A stretch of 64,000 nt of DNA, taken from NCBI RefSeq assembly GCF_009914755.1, contig NC_060927.1. One strand, written 5' to 3'. The position numbers and the translations under genes are program-made. The notes beneath the pieces are model-generated. The model made no database searches. It was not told the DNA's origin and saw nothing but the letters and a program-made list of their open reading frames with translations. Source of the DNA: the human T2T-CHM13v2.0 reference genome, Homo sapiens. This document shows positions 45,768-64,000 of the stretch, piece by piece; within the stretch, counting starts at the first letter, position 1; every line of letters starts with the position of its first letter.

Positions 45768-47459
45768 GTATAAACACTTGGGGTTCATACCTAATGTGCC
45801 ACGAGATGGGCTTTGGACCTTCCAGATCTGAGCCACCTTTGGGAGGGTCGCGTGAAGGGAAGCTAGGCACTCCTGCTCAGCATGATTGGCAAGGTCCTTA
45901 TGCCAGCACTAGTGCCCAGAAAGTGCAGGCAGTTCCAGCTGTTGCCACAACTGCTGCCTAGACAATTGGCCTATCAGGGCAGTGTTGGGGGACCAGGGAT
46001 TGCAAGAGAACCAGCTTTTAAAAACAGCATTGAAGATAAAATGGCAAATAAAGACTAAAAGTTTTCAGAATCCTTGTCTCAGAAGGTTCTAGGCTGATCT
46101 GAAGGTTCTGAAACACAGACATGAGTCTTGTCTTGCTTGAACTTATCCTGTTTTTCACTTTCCTTGACAACTAGAAGTTATTTTATTTACCATATAAATA
46201 CTTTTCCAATGCTGTCTAAAACCATGCTTGTAATTAATATATCTGGAAACAACAATTAATAAATGATGTGTGTATTACTTTAAAATAAAAATAAAGGTTT
46301 CTATGTAATTTCCGTAATTAAGGAGATTAATATCTTACTTAACAGACTTACATCCAGAACTGCTCTCAGAACTGTTGTCCTGTCTTAAATGAAAACAAAG
46401 GTCAGGAAATGCACACACTGAATAAAGAGTAGAAATGATTTATTTTAAAAATCATACATTTTGTAAAAGAGATCCAAACTCAATTAATTTCTTTTCTAAA
46501 TTCTCCCTGAGTCCACAACCAGTCTGTTTCACATCAAAGGAGCCTGTTCGTCTTTGAAAATGGATAAAAGAGAATTTAATTGTTTGAATTTGAGCTCAAA
46601 TCACAAGTCTGGCTTTAATACTAATTTCATTTGGTGTCACCCAAGTCCTACCCAGCCTTGACTCGGCCCTGCTCCTCCAGTCTTACCCCTCTACCCACAC
46701 ATCTAGAAGGCTGACATGCACGACTTCAATGATACAACCTTGCAGAAAGCTGGAGTGGGAATGCCATTTCTCCATTGGCCTTCTCGTTCTTCTCTGTCAT
46801 CCCACCTCCAGCTGCTAACGCCCCAGGCCCCACTGCCCACTCCCAGCCTCCTTTCCACGTTGAGAGCCCAGGGAGGGCATCTAACCTACTCCCCAATCTG
46901 CAAATCTAATCTCCACCCCCAGAAGCACCCGACGTCTCTCCTACTCGACCTCACAGGTGCGCCCCATGCACAGTCCTGCCCAGCACAAGCACATGGCCTC
47001 ACTCCCACGTCTCCTTATTTCCCTGACACAGCCTCACCCTCCACTCAGGCTCAGGATTAAATGAGGAAATATAGGGAAAGATATGAACACTATTCTCAAA
47101 TCTTTCCCTCCCTCCATATAACTATAGACAACCAGAACCAAGGATCGGCAGTTGTTACATGGAGGAAGGAAAAAGATTTGAACTAATGAAAAGAACAATA
47201 ATAATAGCAGCTAATAGCGGCATATTTTTTTTCTTTTTTGAGACAAGATCTCACTATGTTGCCCAGGCTGAACTCAAAGAACTCCTGGGCTCAAGAGATC
47301 CTCCTGACTTAGCCTCAGAAGTAGCTGGAACTGCAGGTGGGCACCACCGCACATGGCTAATAGCAGATTTTTGTGAGTGCCCACTATGTGGTAGGCACTG
47401 TCTATATATTCTCATATACACATATGACTAATATGCATATACTTGTGTGTGTCTACATA

Positions 47460-47720
47460 AGCACAAACACTTCGCATATATCTCAATAATGGGGGTGGGG
47501 CTCAGCTAACCAGTTGAAGGCTTTAAGAGCAAAAATTGAGGTTTTAGAGGGAAGGAATTCTGCCGCGACTTTAGCATCAATTCTTGCACATTTCCTGCCT
47601 GTCCTGCACATTTCAGACTTGCCAGTCCCCACAATCACACAGGCCAATTCCTTGAAATGAATCTTTTCTATATCTTACATACAAATGCATATGTTTCTCT
47701 AGAGAACCCTGATACATACA
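47460..47720. mobile_element. MLT2-like LTR fragment
   Basis: cagttgaaggctttaagagcaaaaattgaggttt...tttcagacttgccagtccccacaatcac...tttctctagagaaccctga. Confidence 0.7.
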
Positions 47721-48348
47721 GGGGAAATCTGAAAATGGATTATCTGCGGCAGCAGGAGGAAGAAAAAGAGAGGCACAAGTGGCCCTGTGATGGTTAATAT
47801 TATGTGTCGGCTTGACTGGCCTGCAGCACCTGAACCCTGCCAGGCACCAGGAGGCTTCAGGGAGAACACGAGCTTGCTCAGATAATGAGGTCAAGTCCTC
47901 TAAGCCCCTCTGCCCTGCACCAGGTAAAAGATCAGAACAGGACAGTGGGAAGGGCCCGGAGAAGCATCTGCACCTGACTCCCCAGGGGCAAGGTGGGCTG
48001 GAGGTAGGTGACAAGGTTTGGCTCCCAAACGGGCACTGGCCAAAAACAAATGGACCAGCAGGGCCAAGTGACATGGCAGAAGACCAGGTGGGTGACTCGG
48101 TCAACACTTTCAAACATCCCCAAAGTTATAGTAAGCATCAAGAGACCACTTACTAGAGTCTCACTGTTAAGAGTAAAAAGAGATTGTGTATGCAAACAAT
48201 TAGAAAAATCAGAAATAACTAATGTTTAAACAAAACCTAACACCGTAATACTTCAAGACCTTTGGGCTCATAGTCTGCCTGACACATAGGAAGTGGACAG
48301 GATGGCTCAGAGCACTGTCAAGGACCTCACTTGACCTCCTGCAAGTCA

Positions 48349-48777
<429 letters not shown>

Positions 48778-49083
48778 TCAATGCTTCCAAGGTGTGTACC
48801 CTTTTGATCTGGCAATTCTGCCTAGAAGGTCATCTGAGGAAGTGGCCAGGAGAGCACAAACACACACATTTACAGATGCTCATCACAGTGTCACTTTGAG
48901 GACTTAAACAGAAACTCTGTGAGTTATAAGATCATTGAAGAGCTGTGACTTTAACCTCTCCACCTTACTTCCTCCCTAGATTCCTCTAGGAACAGAAAAA
49001 TACAGATTCCTCAAGAACTATTAGAATACATACATAAAACTTACTGACACGGAAGATGCCCACTTCATATGCGGTGTGCGTCA

Positions 49084-49800
<717 letters not shown>

Positions 49801-51599
49801 CTACAGCATTGTGAGGTGTTCATTATCTTTGGGCAGAAGGAATACATGTGATCTTTATTTTCTTCTTTCTTCTTACATTACTCTACATTTTCTGAACTTT
49901 TGCAAATCATATAAATAACTTAGAAATCACAATAAACAAAGCTATTGTTGTGCATCTGCAGGTGTCTCCTAAATGTTATAAGCCCTAAGATTACCCATAA
50001 GGGTAATTGAGAGTACTGAGAGGCTTCAATATCATCAAATTCATAATTACATCAAACAATATATTTATGAATAGATGTATTTCCAAAACAGGCCCCCTCA
50101 CCTTTTCTAGAGCTAAGATTTTGATCCATAAAGACTTACTTCTCCATTGCCTTCAATTAGACCAACCTGCAGAAAATAATAATAATAATAAGTACAATAT
50201 CTAGAAGAACTGCAAGGCAAATGTTAGCAAAATCATCCTTGTCAAATGTTTCTATAAAATATCAGAAGCAGATACATGACTGACATGCAAACTCCACCAA
50301 CAACCAGAAGAACGCCTAAGTCTTTGGAGCAATGCTGAAACTGTGGTTACTTCCAGTTACCAAAATGCCACACTCTCCTAGAAAATGGTTATGACTTGGA
50401 GAATCCATTAAAAATCAAGAAAGTTTTCATAACAGAGGAACATTTTCAAAAAAATAGAATGTTAAATGAAAAGTAGCATATGTTTATAATACAGAATATG
50501 AACACATAGTCAAGCATCCTAAGAAGGAATCTTACAGGAATTGTCAGCCTTATCTGGCTTCTCCAGAAATGCAAGACCTTCCATTCTGTCCCTATTCTAA
50601 GGGAAATGTCAGTTCCCAGGGGCAGGGCTCTTCCACGGATCCACAACCTAAGAGGAAGCCTCAGAGGCACAGGCTCTGGGAGTACCAGGTGGCAGCTTCA
50701 ACCCAGAAGCGCACTCGAGTGCAGTGCGCTTGAACTCTCCAGGTCAACTGTGGAAGGCCCCTTAGCTCAGGCAGTGGGATGGGTGATAGGAATGGGTTTA
50801 TTGACTTCATAGAGTATAAAATAAACAATTCAAATACACCCAAATGCACTCTTTCATAAAAGAAACTGAAGTAACAAATTCTGACCCCATGATGAGACCC
50901 CAGATAAACGTTAGGGGTCACCAGGGGTGAAGGGAACTGGCAACAAGTCAGGTGGCCAAGACTCAAAGCCTGCCAAGACCACTGGGCACTTTTTTGGACT
51001 TCCTGAAAACTCCACGTTCCTATAAAATACGAGAAAAACAAGAGCTTCCCATGAGCTCTTGACTATCCCAGGATCACACCCAGTTTGGGCTAGAAAGACC
51101 CCCATAAGGGATCCACCACAGTGAAACCAGTTGAACTGCCCTTTCCTGAGCCTCTCTGTGCTCCAGGCACTGCCCCATCCCTCCCACGAGACCTGATGGG
51201 AAGCGGGTTAAGGTGGTTTCATGTTGACCATGTGTCCACAGGCTTCGCAGACCAAGAGCAAGTCGGCACACCAGGACAGGCATTTGCATGGGTGCCCAGA
51301 AGTTTCAAGATCTGACCTTGGAGAGACCAGGTCCGGGAGGCTGCCGGGAAGTCTCCATCACACCGGCCTCAGCCGAGTCACAGGAACGCAGGCTCTGCCA
51401 TGCCCAGAAGCCTGAGATGCAACTTCAAGGACAACGGGAGCCAGAACGCTTGACCTCACACGGAAGGTGACTCCTAACCACCACCACACTTGACGTAGCA
51501 CCAGCACACGGAGATTAGGTGAGAGTGGGCTCTGGTGCAAAGATAACAGTGCTGGGGACCTGTAAGCCAGTCACTGACCAAAGGTGGATGTGGCCTGCT

Positions 51600-52250
51600 G
51601 GATAAGGGCAGGGGGAAAGGCTGGAGGGAAAGGCCACAAGGTTAAGAGCAGGTAGTAAGACCAGGTGACTGAGGCCTGGTGTGTGAGGCTAGAAGGACAG
51701 AGCACCCAGTTAAGGCAGGGTGGTTAAAGCAAAGTGGGCAAGGCCAGGAGAATAAGACTGGGTGAGTAGGACTAGGGGGCTGATAAGGCCAAGTAGAAAC
51801 TCTAGGTAAGTAAGGCAAAGTGGTATGGCCAAAAGCTAGTGCCAGGTGAGTAAGGCCTAATTGCTAAGGCCAGGAGATCAAAACCAGGTGGATAATACCA
51901 GGTGGGTAAGCACAATGGGTAAGACCATGAGGTTAAGACCAGGTGAGTAACACCAGAAGGTTAATAGAAACAGGCTGGTAAGGCAAGGAGGTTAAGGCCA
52001 GGTAAGTAAGAACAGGTAGGTAAGACTAGGGGGTAAGACCGGGGGACAAGGTCAGGAAGCTATGGCCAGATTGGTAAAACCAGAAGGTTAAGGCCACTAG
52101 TTGGGTAAGGAACAGTGGGTACAACCAGAAGTGGAAAGCTAAATCTGAAGGCCAGATGTAAAGGTCAGGTGTGTAAAGTACGATGAAGACCAGGTAAGTA
52201 AACTAGGAGGATAATGCAAGTTGGTAAAGCCATGAGAATAAAGCCAGCAG
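51600..52250 (+). repeat. Degenerate ~14-bp tandem array, consensus TAAGGCCAGGTRRG
   Basis: e.g. taagaccaggtgag taacaccagaaggt ... taaggcaaggaggt taaggccaggtaag taagaacaggtagg. Confidence 0.85.
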
Positions 52251-52398
52251 GGAAAGCCCGATCTGTGTAGTGTGAGTCAGAGCACACACTTTAGAGCCAG
52301 AAGGTTGGGCTCAGATTTCAGTTTCACCCTTTCCTAGATGAAGACTGGAGCAAGTGGAGTAGCTTCTCAGAGGTTCTTTGTCCATCACATAGTGATAA

Positions 52399-53600
52399 GG
52401 CCAGGTGCAGTGGCCCATACCTGTAATCTCAGTGCTTTGGGAGGCCAAGGTGAGCAGATCATTTGAGCCCAGAAGTTTGAGACCAGCCTGCGCAACATGG
52501 CAAAACCCCATCTCTAACAACAACAACAACAAACTCATAGTGATAAGAGGGTTTGTTAGGGAAATATGTTATTCAGTGAGGAGAGGCAGTTAAACCACTA
52601 GCTTAGTTCTGTAAATGCTGAGTCATTTCCAGATTGGAGAATGATTTAAGCAAAGATGGTGAGGAGGTTAGAAAGCTCTTAGGAAACGGTTGTCAACGGT
52701 AAACTCATGTCCCAGTTTGAAACATGAAACACTGTGAAACTATGAGAGGGCAGAAAAATAAGACTTCGGAAAAATGGAGGTGAGGGTCTAGAAGCCTCAA
52801 TGAAGTAGTAAAACAGGGTCTGGAAGGCGGGGCTGGTAGCAAAAGAAAAGAAGGTGTGTGATTCCAGATGCGGATTCCCAAGGTCAAAGTTTCAGTTGCC
52901 ACTCAAGCAATCTAACCCTTCTAACTGTCATCATTTTGTATCTTGATATTGTATATTATCAACTAATACAACTTTTTAATTTAAAAAGTTTTCTTAAAGG
53001 AAACTGATATTAAGGATTCACTTTTAAAATTATAAAGTTTGCCAGGTACAGTGGCTCACACCTGTAATCCTAGCACTTTAGCACTTTGGGAGACAGAGGC
53101 AGCAGGATGGCTTCAGACCAAGATTCAAGAACAGCCTGGGCCCCCTAGCAAGACCTCCATCTCTACAAAAAATAAACATTAGCCTGGTGTGGTGGTGTGT
53201 ACCTGTAGCCAGCTACTTGGAAGGCTGAGGCAGGATCTCTTGGGCCCAGGAGTTTAAGGCTGCAGTGAGCTATGATTGCACCACTGCACTCCAGCCTGAG
53301 CAACAGAGTAAGACCCTGTCTCAAAAAATAATACATAAAATAGTTATATTGAAGTGTATCCAGAGAAACCAGTGGGAATTTAAATTACTTTTGGTTGAAA
53401 TGGATTCTGAGGAAATTATACGGACAGAAAACTGAGATAATGTAAGTTGTATCTTGAATAAAAACTCTGATTTTGGCTGGGCATGGTCACTTACACCTGT
53501 AATCTCAGAGCTTTGGGAGGCTGAGGCAGGAGGATCACTTGAGCCCAGGGGTTCAAGACCAGCCTGGGCAACATAGGGAGACCCTCATGTCTAAAAAAAT
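52399..53600 (+). mobile_element. FLAM 52399-52533, AluJ 53040-53340, FLAM 53475-53600 (right arm only)
   Basis: Alu consensus; first element has TSD catagtgataag. Confidence 0.85.
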
Positions 53601-54064
53601 TTTTAAATAAATAAACTGGTTTTGGGGTGGGGTGGGTGGAGCTGGGGACGGAGGAGTAAAAAACATAATTGTCCCATCACTATAGCATTTAAAGATTTGA
53701 CTAAGCAAAACAAAAGCCCCAGCTTCTGGAGCAGAGGTGCTGGCACTGGTTCCACAGGCACCCACAGCACAAATCCCTGGAGGTCAGTGGGGTGCACAGC
53801 TAGTGTGGGAACACTTCAAATAGTCGGTGTGCTCAGCCAGGAGTGGAATTGGTTTGCTTTGGTCTGTTTTAGCAGTGCAGAAGCTTGATTGATTTGATTT
53901 CTTCATCCTTTACATTTTGGATTATATTTCACATCTTTCCCAATAAGTAACACACACAACCCAGTATTGGTTATCATATCATTCTGAAAAGCATCACAAG
54001 GGGCTAAGTAGCTGGACATCAAAGGAGTTTTAACCCACTCTTCTCTTTCTTCTGTCCTCCAGAA

Positions 54065-54669
<605 letters not shown>

Positions 54670-55027
54670 TCTGTCCTCCAGAATTTTTATTTTGCTGCAT
54701 AAATGTAATGATATTAGGGATCTGTTAGGTATTCCATACATCTACTTATCTGAATAACTTTTGAATCATTTCTTAACTTGTTTCTATGGTATCCATCAGG
54801 TTATATGTGGACAGATGATCTGGTAAGTACTGGTAATGATGCAGAAGAAGTGCTCTGCACCAGTCATCCATTGATGTCTGTTTTCCAAGACACAGAATTA
54901 CGATCATTACGGATCATTATTTCCCATCATGTGTTTATCTTTCAAAAGGAAATGGTTTTTGATTTTCAGTTGTTTTGGAATTCAGCCTTTCCTATGGATG
55001 TGACTGATTTTTGCTCTCTATATTTTA

Positions 55028-55747
<720 letters not shown>

Positions 55748-56258
55748 TTAGAATCTTCTTTAATAATTATCAGCACTGTAAGATGTTTCTGGTCTCCACT
55801 CTTTTTTCAGGCCTACACCAATGGCTAATTGAGACCATGCATCACTATTAAGGCATCTTCAGCAAAAGGAACTATGGAAGTTCTGCATGAAACATAGACA
55901 CCTGTTAGAAAAGGAACTAAATTTCAAACCGGGAATGTGGTGTTGAATCACAGCAAAGTGTCCAGAAGGAACTCCCAAAGTACTGTTTTCCAAAATATAG
56001 AATGATATAGAAGATTGTTTTAGGTGGAATTCCTGGAAATAAATTTTTAAATGTTTCTTTTTGACTTCCTTTTCATATGGCAAATGATACCAATGTTCCA
56101 TTTATATTAGTTATGAATTTAAAGAAATATTGAGGAAATCACATTTCACCTGGCATATGAGTATGGGAAAAATCATGACAATGGAAGGCAAATGACTTAA
56201 GTTTGGGAAACATTTGGCTGAGAGGATGTGTTGGAAAGCAAGTTAAAATCCCAAACTC

Positions 56259-56982
<724 letters not shown>

Positions 56983-57017
56983 TGAAAGCCAGGAACAATC
57001 TGCCATACATCAGGAAG

Positions 57018-57031
57018 CCACTAGATGGCAG
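57018..57031 (+). promoter_or_regulatory. CTCF core motif CCACTAGATGGCAG (forward)
   Basis: Exact paralog of 31436-31449. Confidence 0.6.
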
Positions 57032-57364
57032 GAGCCATCCCTTGGAGCCCATTCTTCAGTCCAAAAAGTGGTCAGAGAGGAAACCTGTCAAGTGGGGAAG
57101 AATCCAAGCACACATGTTAAATGCACTTTAATAAATAGCTGGTGCAGATGAAAGGGCAGGAAGAGTTTATCTCATCTCTTGCCCCCCTCTAGTGTCCCCT
57201 CAAGTATTTGAAATGCTTCAAGGATCCTTAAATAAAACTGCAACCAGGGAGCTGTGCTACCCTGTAGCACGACCAGCTAAGGAAAAAACTAGCTCAATGA
57301 TAGGGCTAGTATTTATATGGGGTCAATGGCTTTTACTGGCAGACATATATGGCCTTTTGTGCAA

Positions 57365-58597
<1,233 letters not shown>

Positions 58598-58974
58598 CTT
58601 CCAAGTGTATGACCCTGTACCTAAGAGATAACACATGTTAAAATCAGATACAAAACAGATAGTGCCATCCCGTGATTTTTCTGTAGAATGTGCTTTTCCT
58701 CCAAATGCCAGGAAATGGCATAACAGAGACTAAAATTCAGAGTGCTTGCTCTTCTTTTTAGTGGCTACTAACGTGGTGTCAATGTGTAGAGCTAATATTT
58801 AGATAAAGACAGGTAGGCAAGGGCACTATTTGAGACATATGAATTATTGTTGGTGTCTGATTTTGTTTTATTCCAACCTAATTAGTTCTGCCTTGTAAAA
58901 TACTCTCATTACCTGAATTACCACTGTGAATATTATACTCTAACAATTTATTATTATAGAAATAGTACCCTTCA

Positions 58975-59923
<949 letters not shown>

Positions 59924-60118
59924 TTTTTTAAGTATGAAGAATATATTTTCATTATACTTGTCTATAAGTGATTGAAGTGGTCAGAGGAGCTACTGAATTC
60001 CTCATTTACTTTTAGATGAAGCAAAGACTAACATCCTGCCCTCCCAGCCAAATAGATACTAAGTTGAATATTCTTTCTGGGAACCTGGAGAAAAAGTGGA
60101 TAAAAATCACTACTTCCA

Positions 60119-60551
<433 letters not shown>

Positions 60552-62244
60552 TTATGTAAGTGCTTGAATGATGTCATCTTTCTTGAAGTCCAAGATGTGC
60601 TGGAAGGTGAGCAGGAAATAAACTTAGTCATTTTATTTTGAATCAAGCTGTATCTTTGGGAATAACAAATGCATAGTACAGAATGTGTTGCTTGGTTATT
60701 TATAAGCTTGGGTTCAGAGAGTTAATGCAAATGCAAAAGCAAGCAAGGGGCTGCTGTCCTCTTAGTAAGGATGGTGTGTGCAGCTGAGTCAGAGGAAGGG
60801 TTGGAAGCCTAGCCCCAGTGCTGGCTAGCTTTGGGAGTGTAAGCAAAGTCTCAACCTAATTTGAAGGCTCTCTGTTCCCATCTGTGAAATGGGTACAAAC
60901 CCCCCATGATCTGAGCTGTAGTGAAAGAAAGGAGGCCATGCACGTCAAGATCCAGGCAGGTGGTCAGGCTCAGTAAGGGAGAGGTCATGTCACTCTGGTA
61001 CTTGAGACCGAGACCGGACTGGTAACATAAGCCTTCTGGGCCTTCCGGGGCCCTGAAGCATGGATCACGGGGACCACTGGTTGGCGCCACAGATGCTCAA
61101 CCAGCAAAGAGGGGAAGGGAGAAAGCAGAGCCCAGGGAGGGCTGGAGGGGATCGTTCCTGGTGTTGATCCAGAAAACCACAGGGTTCCTTGTCTTGGTTT
61201 TCAACAACTTCTCTTTCTGTGTGTGTGTGGATGGATGTAGCACATTGTTATAACCAAGCTCAAAATAATGCAAAACTTTGATTATATATGTTGTTACCAT
61301 GGTTAACAAATGTATTCTTCCATCTGAGAATCCTCAGTAGTACAGAGAGAGGTTTTGCATTTAGAATTCTATTTAGACTTTTTATTCCTTGAAGCATCAA
61401 AAGTACATAAACACCCCAAAAGGTTATATCAGAAGTCAAAGCATTATGATCTCTCTGGATGCTTTTCAGACATGGTGGGTGAGCGTTCTGAATCCCAACC
61501 CCGCCCCCAATGCCCCCCAGCCGCCACCCGGCCAGCTTTGCCTGGAGAGCTACTGAGATTTTCCACTATCTAGTCTTGGGATGCTGAAGCCTCAAGAGGT
61601 TAGGAATGAATGCAATTCTCACCCACCTGACAATGTTGGTATGCAAGCTTTGGTTGCTTTGGTTGGTATGAGACCACCTCATCCTACTGGAGAAGTTATT
61701 TTCTTGTCTTTCACCATGGAATCATTTACTTTTGTGGTGGGGGAGGAATGCTACTCAGAAAGAGATTTCAAAGAACGAAGGAAAAACTTCCTTATCTTCT
61801 TCTTCTTCTCCTTATTCTTCTTTTTTCTTTTAGTAGAGACAGGGTTTTGTCCTCCAGGTTGCAGCACAGTGGCAAGTTATGCTCACTGTACCCTGGAACT
61901 CCTGGGCTCAAGGAGTCCTCAAGCCTCCCAAGCAGCTAGGAGCACAAGTGCATGTCACTTCTTAAAGGAGACTTGCCACAGAGAATAATGGGCCACACTG
62001 GCTTTTGTTACTTGGTGAAATGATTTTGTTGGTCCATATAGATACTGCTACTCTACGGAGCAACAAAACCATTTCACCAATTAAATTAACCACCTAGCAT
62101 CATGCATGTGGTGATTAACAACTTGGATATATTTTGCTTAAGCTATTTGAAGAATCCCTAAGTTATGGATAAAGGGAAGAAAAATAAACCTGCCTTTTGA
62201 CACTGCTCATGTATCTTCTTTGTATCATTATTTACTTACAAGCC

Positions 62245-62533
62245 TTTTTTTTTTTTTTTTTGAGACAGTCTTGCTCTGTCTGAAGTACAGTGGTGTGATC
62301 TCGGCTCACTGCAACCTCTGCCTGCCGGGTTCAAGAGATTCTCCTGCCTCAACCTTCCTAGTAGCTAGGATTACAGGCGCCTGCCACCACGCCTGGCTAA
62401 TTTTTGTATTTTTAGTAGAGATGGGGTTTCGCCATGTTGGCCAGGCTGGTCTCGAGCTCCTGACCTCAGGTGATCTGCCTGCCTTGGCCTCCCAAAATGT
62501 TGGGATTACAGGTGTGAACCACCGCGCCCAGCC
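62245..62533 (-). mobile_element. AluS (right arm only)
   Basis: Full Alu. Confidence 0.93.
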
Positions 62534-63464
62534 ACAAGTCGTATTTTAAAGCGTCCTATTCCTTAGTTATAATTCCCTTGACTTTTAACAACAGTTGGTT
62601 TTGACCCCAGCTCCCTGGTGCCTGGACCTCCAGATCCACCCTGGAGCCCACAGGTGGATTTACATCTAATATGTTACAATCCTGATGTAAATCCCCAGGA
62701 GGAAGCCTGGCGTTAGCCACCCTTACTCTGCACAGTGCTATCCTTGCTGTTGCTTTCATCTCTGGCAGGAGTTTCCTTTTCACAAGGGAGAAGGCTCTAT
62801 GCATTTATAGCAGTGTTTTATTTTCCAGCAAGCTTAGAAATCTACAAGATGGTTCCGCTGCTTATAAATACTGCCGCAGAGAGGGGCTTGGACTAGTTCT
62901 AGAGTGCTGAATTTTTCCTTAGCCATGGAAGTCACTTGTGAAAGGAAATCTTACCTGGAACCTGCATTGGACAAGCATTCAAAAGTAGGGATGATCTGGT
63001 GGGGCCATTGATGGGAGAGGATTTTGAGGAGTTACTGAGGACCCCTGTGGGACCCCTGACCTGCTTCTGGCAGGGCAGCTTGGAAACCAGCAGATGAGGT
63101 GACTGCTTGCGTCTCTTGAAGCTGTGGTCCAGGAGTGTGTTTCTAAGACATTTGCAACCTAATGGGAAGTAAACCACTTTCCCATCAGCTGTGGTATGTT
63201 TTGTAGTAACCACATAATCCCAAACCAAAGATATTTAAATTATTTTACATCAAGAGGCTTGTGAATTTTGGATTTCCCTCATTACAAGCCATGTATAATT
63301 ATTTTAAGCCAAACAAACGTGATGTTTAACTTTTTAACTTTTTTTTTTTTTTTTTTTTTTTTGTATTTTGGAATCATTTTCTTTTCAAAGACTAAGGACT
63401 TTCTTGTTTATTCCTAGATTAGAAACAGAGCCAGGGAAGAGGGGGTACTGAAAGGGCATAGCCT

Positions 63465-63865
63465 GTCCTGTTGGCGGGGCCGTGGGACCCGGCCGCCCTT
63501 TCTCCTCCGTGGCTCCCCAGCCAGGAGGCTGCGCTTACCTGCTCCGCACGACCTCTGCGGCTTGGGGGCTCTCAGCTCTGTCGCTGCGGGGCTCCAGGCT
63601 GGTGCTTGTGCTGAGAATGACTGCGGGAGGGGCTCGCGTGCCCAGCACTGCACCGCGAGGCGACCAACCGCTGACATGTGGGGCGATTGGGTGGACAGGA
63701 AGACTCGGCGAGCTTTTGTAGCCGCGGGTAGGGACAGCCTGGGCTCCCTGAACCAAGCGCGCGTGGGCGGCGACCCCGTCCCTGTGCACCGACCCGCCAG
63801 CGCGCAGCCTGGTGAGAGCACTTGTGCGCCTTGGGATCGCCTGGGCTGCTTCTTGGCGCTCTGCC
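63465..63865. promoter_or_regulatory. CpG island (orphan, promoter-like)
   Basis: ~400 bp GC-rich stretch with dense CpG, not Alu-derived. Confidence 0.8.
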
Positions 63866-63919
63866 TAGGGGGAACCTGCTTGGTGACAACAGGGCTGGAG
63901 CTTCTCTGAAGCCGAAGGG

Positions 63920-64000
63920 TGCTATGCTTTGAATGGGTGTCCCTCAAAACTCATGCGAAAATTCAATCCGTATTTGAGGTGTAGCCTTCAGGAGGTTAGT
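63920..64000 (+). mobile_element. Start of an MST/MLT (MaLR) LTR
   Basis: tgctatgctttgaatgggtgtccctcaaaactcatg. Confidence 0.65.

Noticed and set aside
50707-50731. 9-bp hairpin aagcgcact-N7-agtgcgctt with a nested palindrome
   Set aside because: Too short for a pre-miRNA or TE termini; plausible by chance in 64 kb
51600-52250. CRISPR-like or Ig switch-like interpretation of the array
   Set aside because: No constant repeat with unique spacers and the host is eukaryotic; it lacks the dense GAGCT/GGGGT pentamers of switch regions
63797-63810. ccagcgcgcagcct matches the spliced IL12A exon 1-2 junction
   Set aside because: Only 14 nt in GC-rich DNA and the flanks do not align; not a processed pseudogene
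63414-63947. 177-aa ORF and overlapping ORFs on both strands
   Set aside because: GC-rich islands lack stop codons; low-complexity Ala/Pro/Arg composition and no recognisable domain

Overview
This is primate (almost certainly human, 3q25.33) genomic DNA containing the complete IL12A (interleukin-12 p35) gene on the + strand. It has 7 coding exons (13772-20274; 762 nt, 253 aa from ATG1 or 219 aa from in-frame ATG2), a CpG/TATA promoter with ISRE and kB sites, and an AU-rich 3'UTR. The rest is non-coding and rich in repeats (Alu, MIR, L1, L2, MaLR/MER21 LTRs, MER DNA transposons); almost all listed ORFs are spurious. The main unexplained structure lies downstream: an old ~11-12 kb inverted duplication (arms ~25370-37385 and ~52290-63425, ~15 kb spacer). 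The arms share a MER21 LTR and a CTCF motif (giving a divergent pair), contain two ~110-120 bp near-identical blocks, and carry different Alus inserted at the same paralogous site. Next to the inner edge of the right arm is a ~650 bp degenerate 14-mer array rich in consensus 5' splice sites. A second CpG island abuts the outer edge. Repeat family calls come from recalled consensus sequences and their boundaries are approximate.
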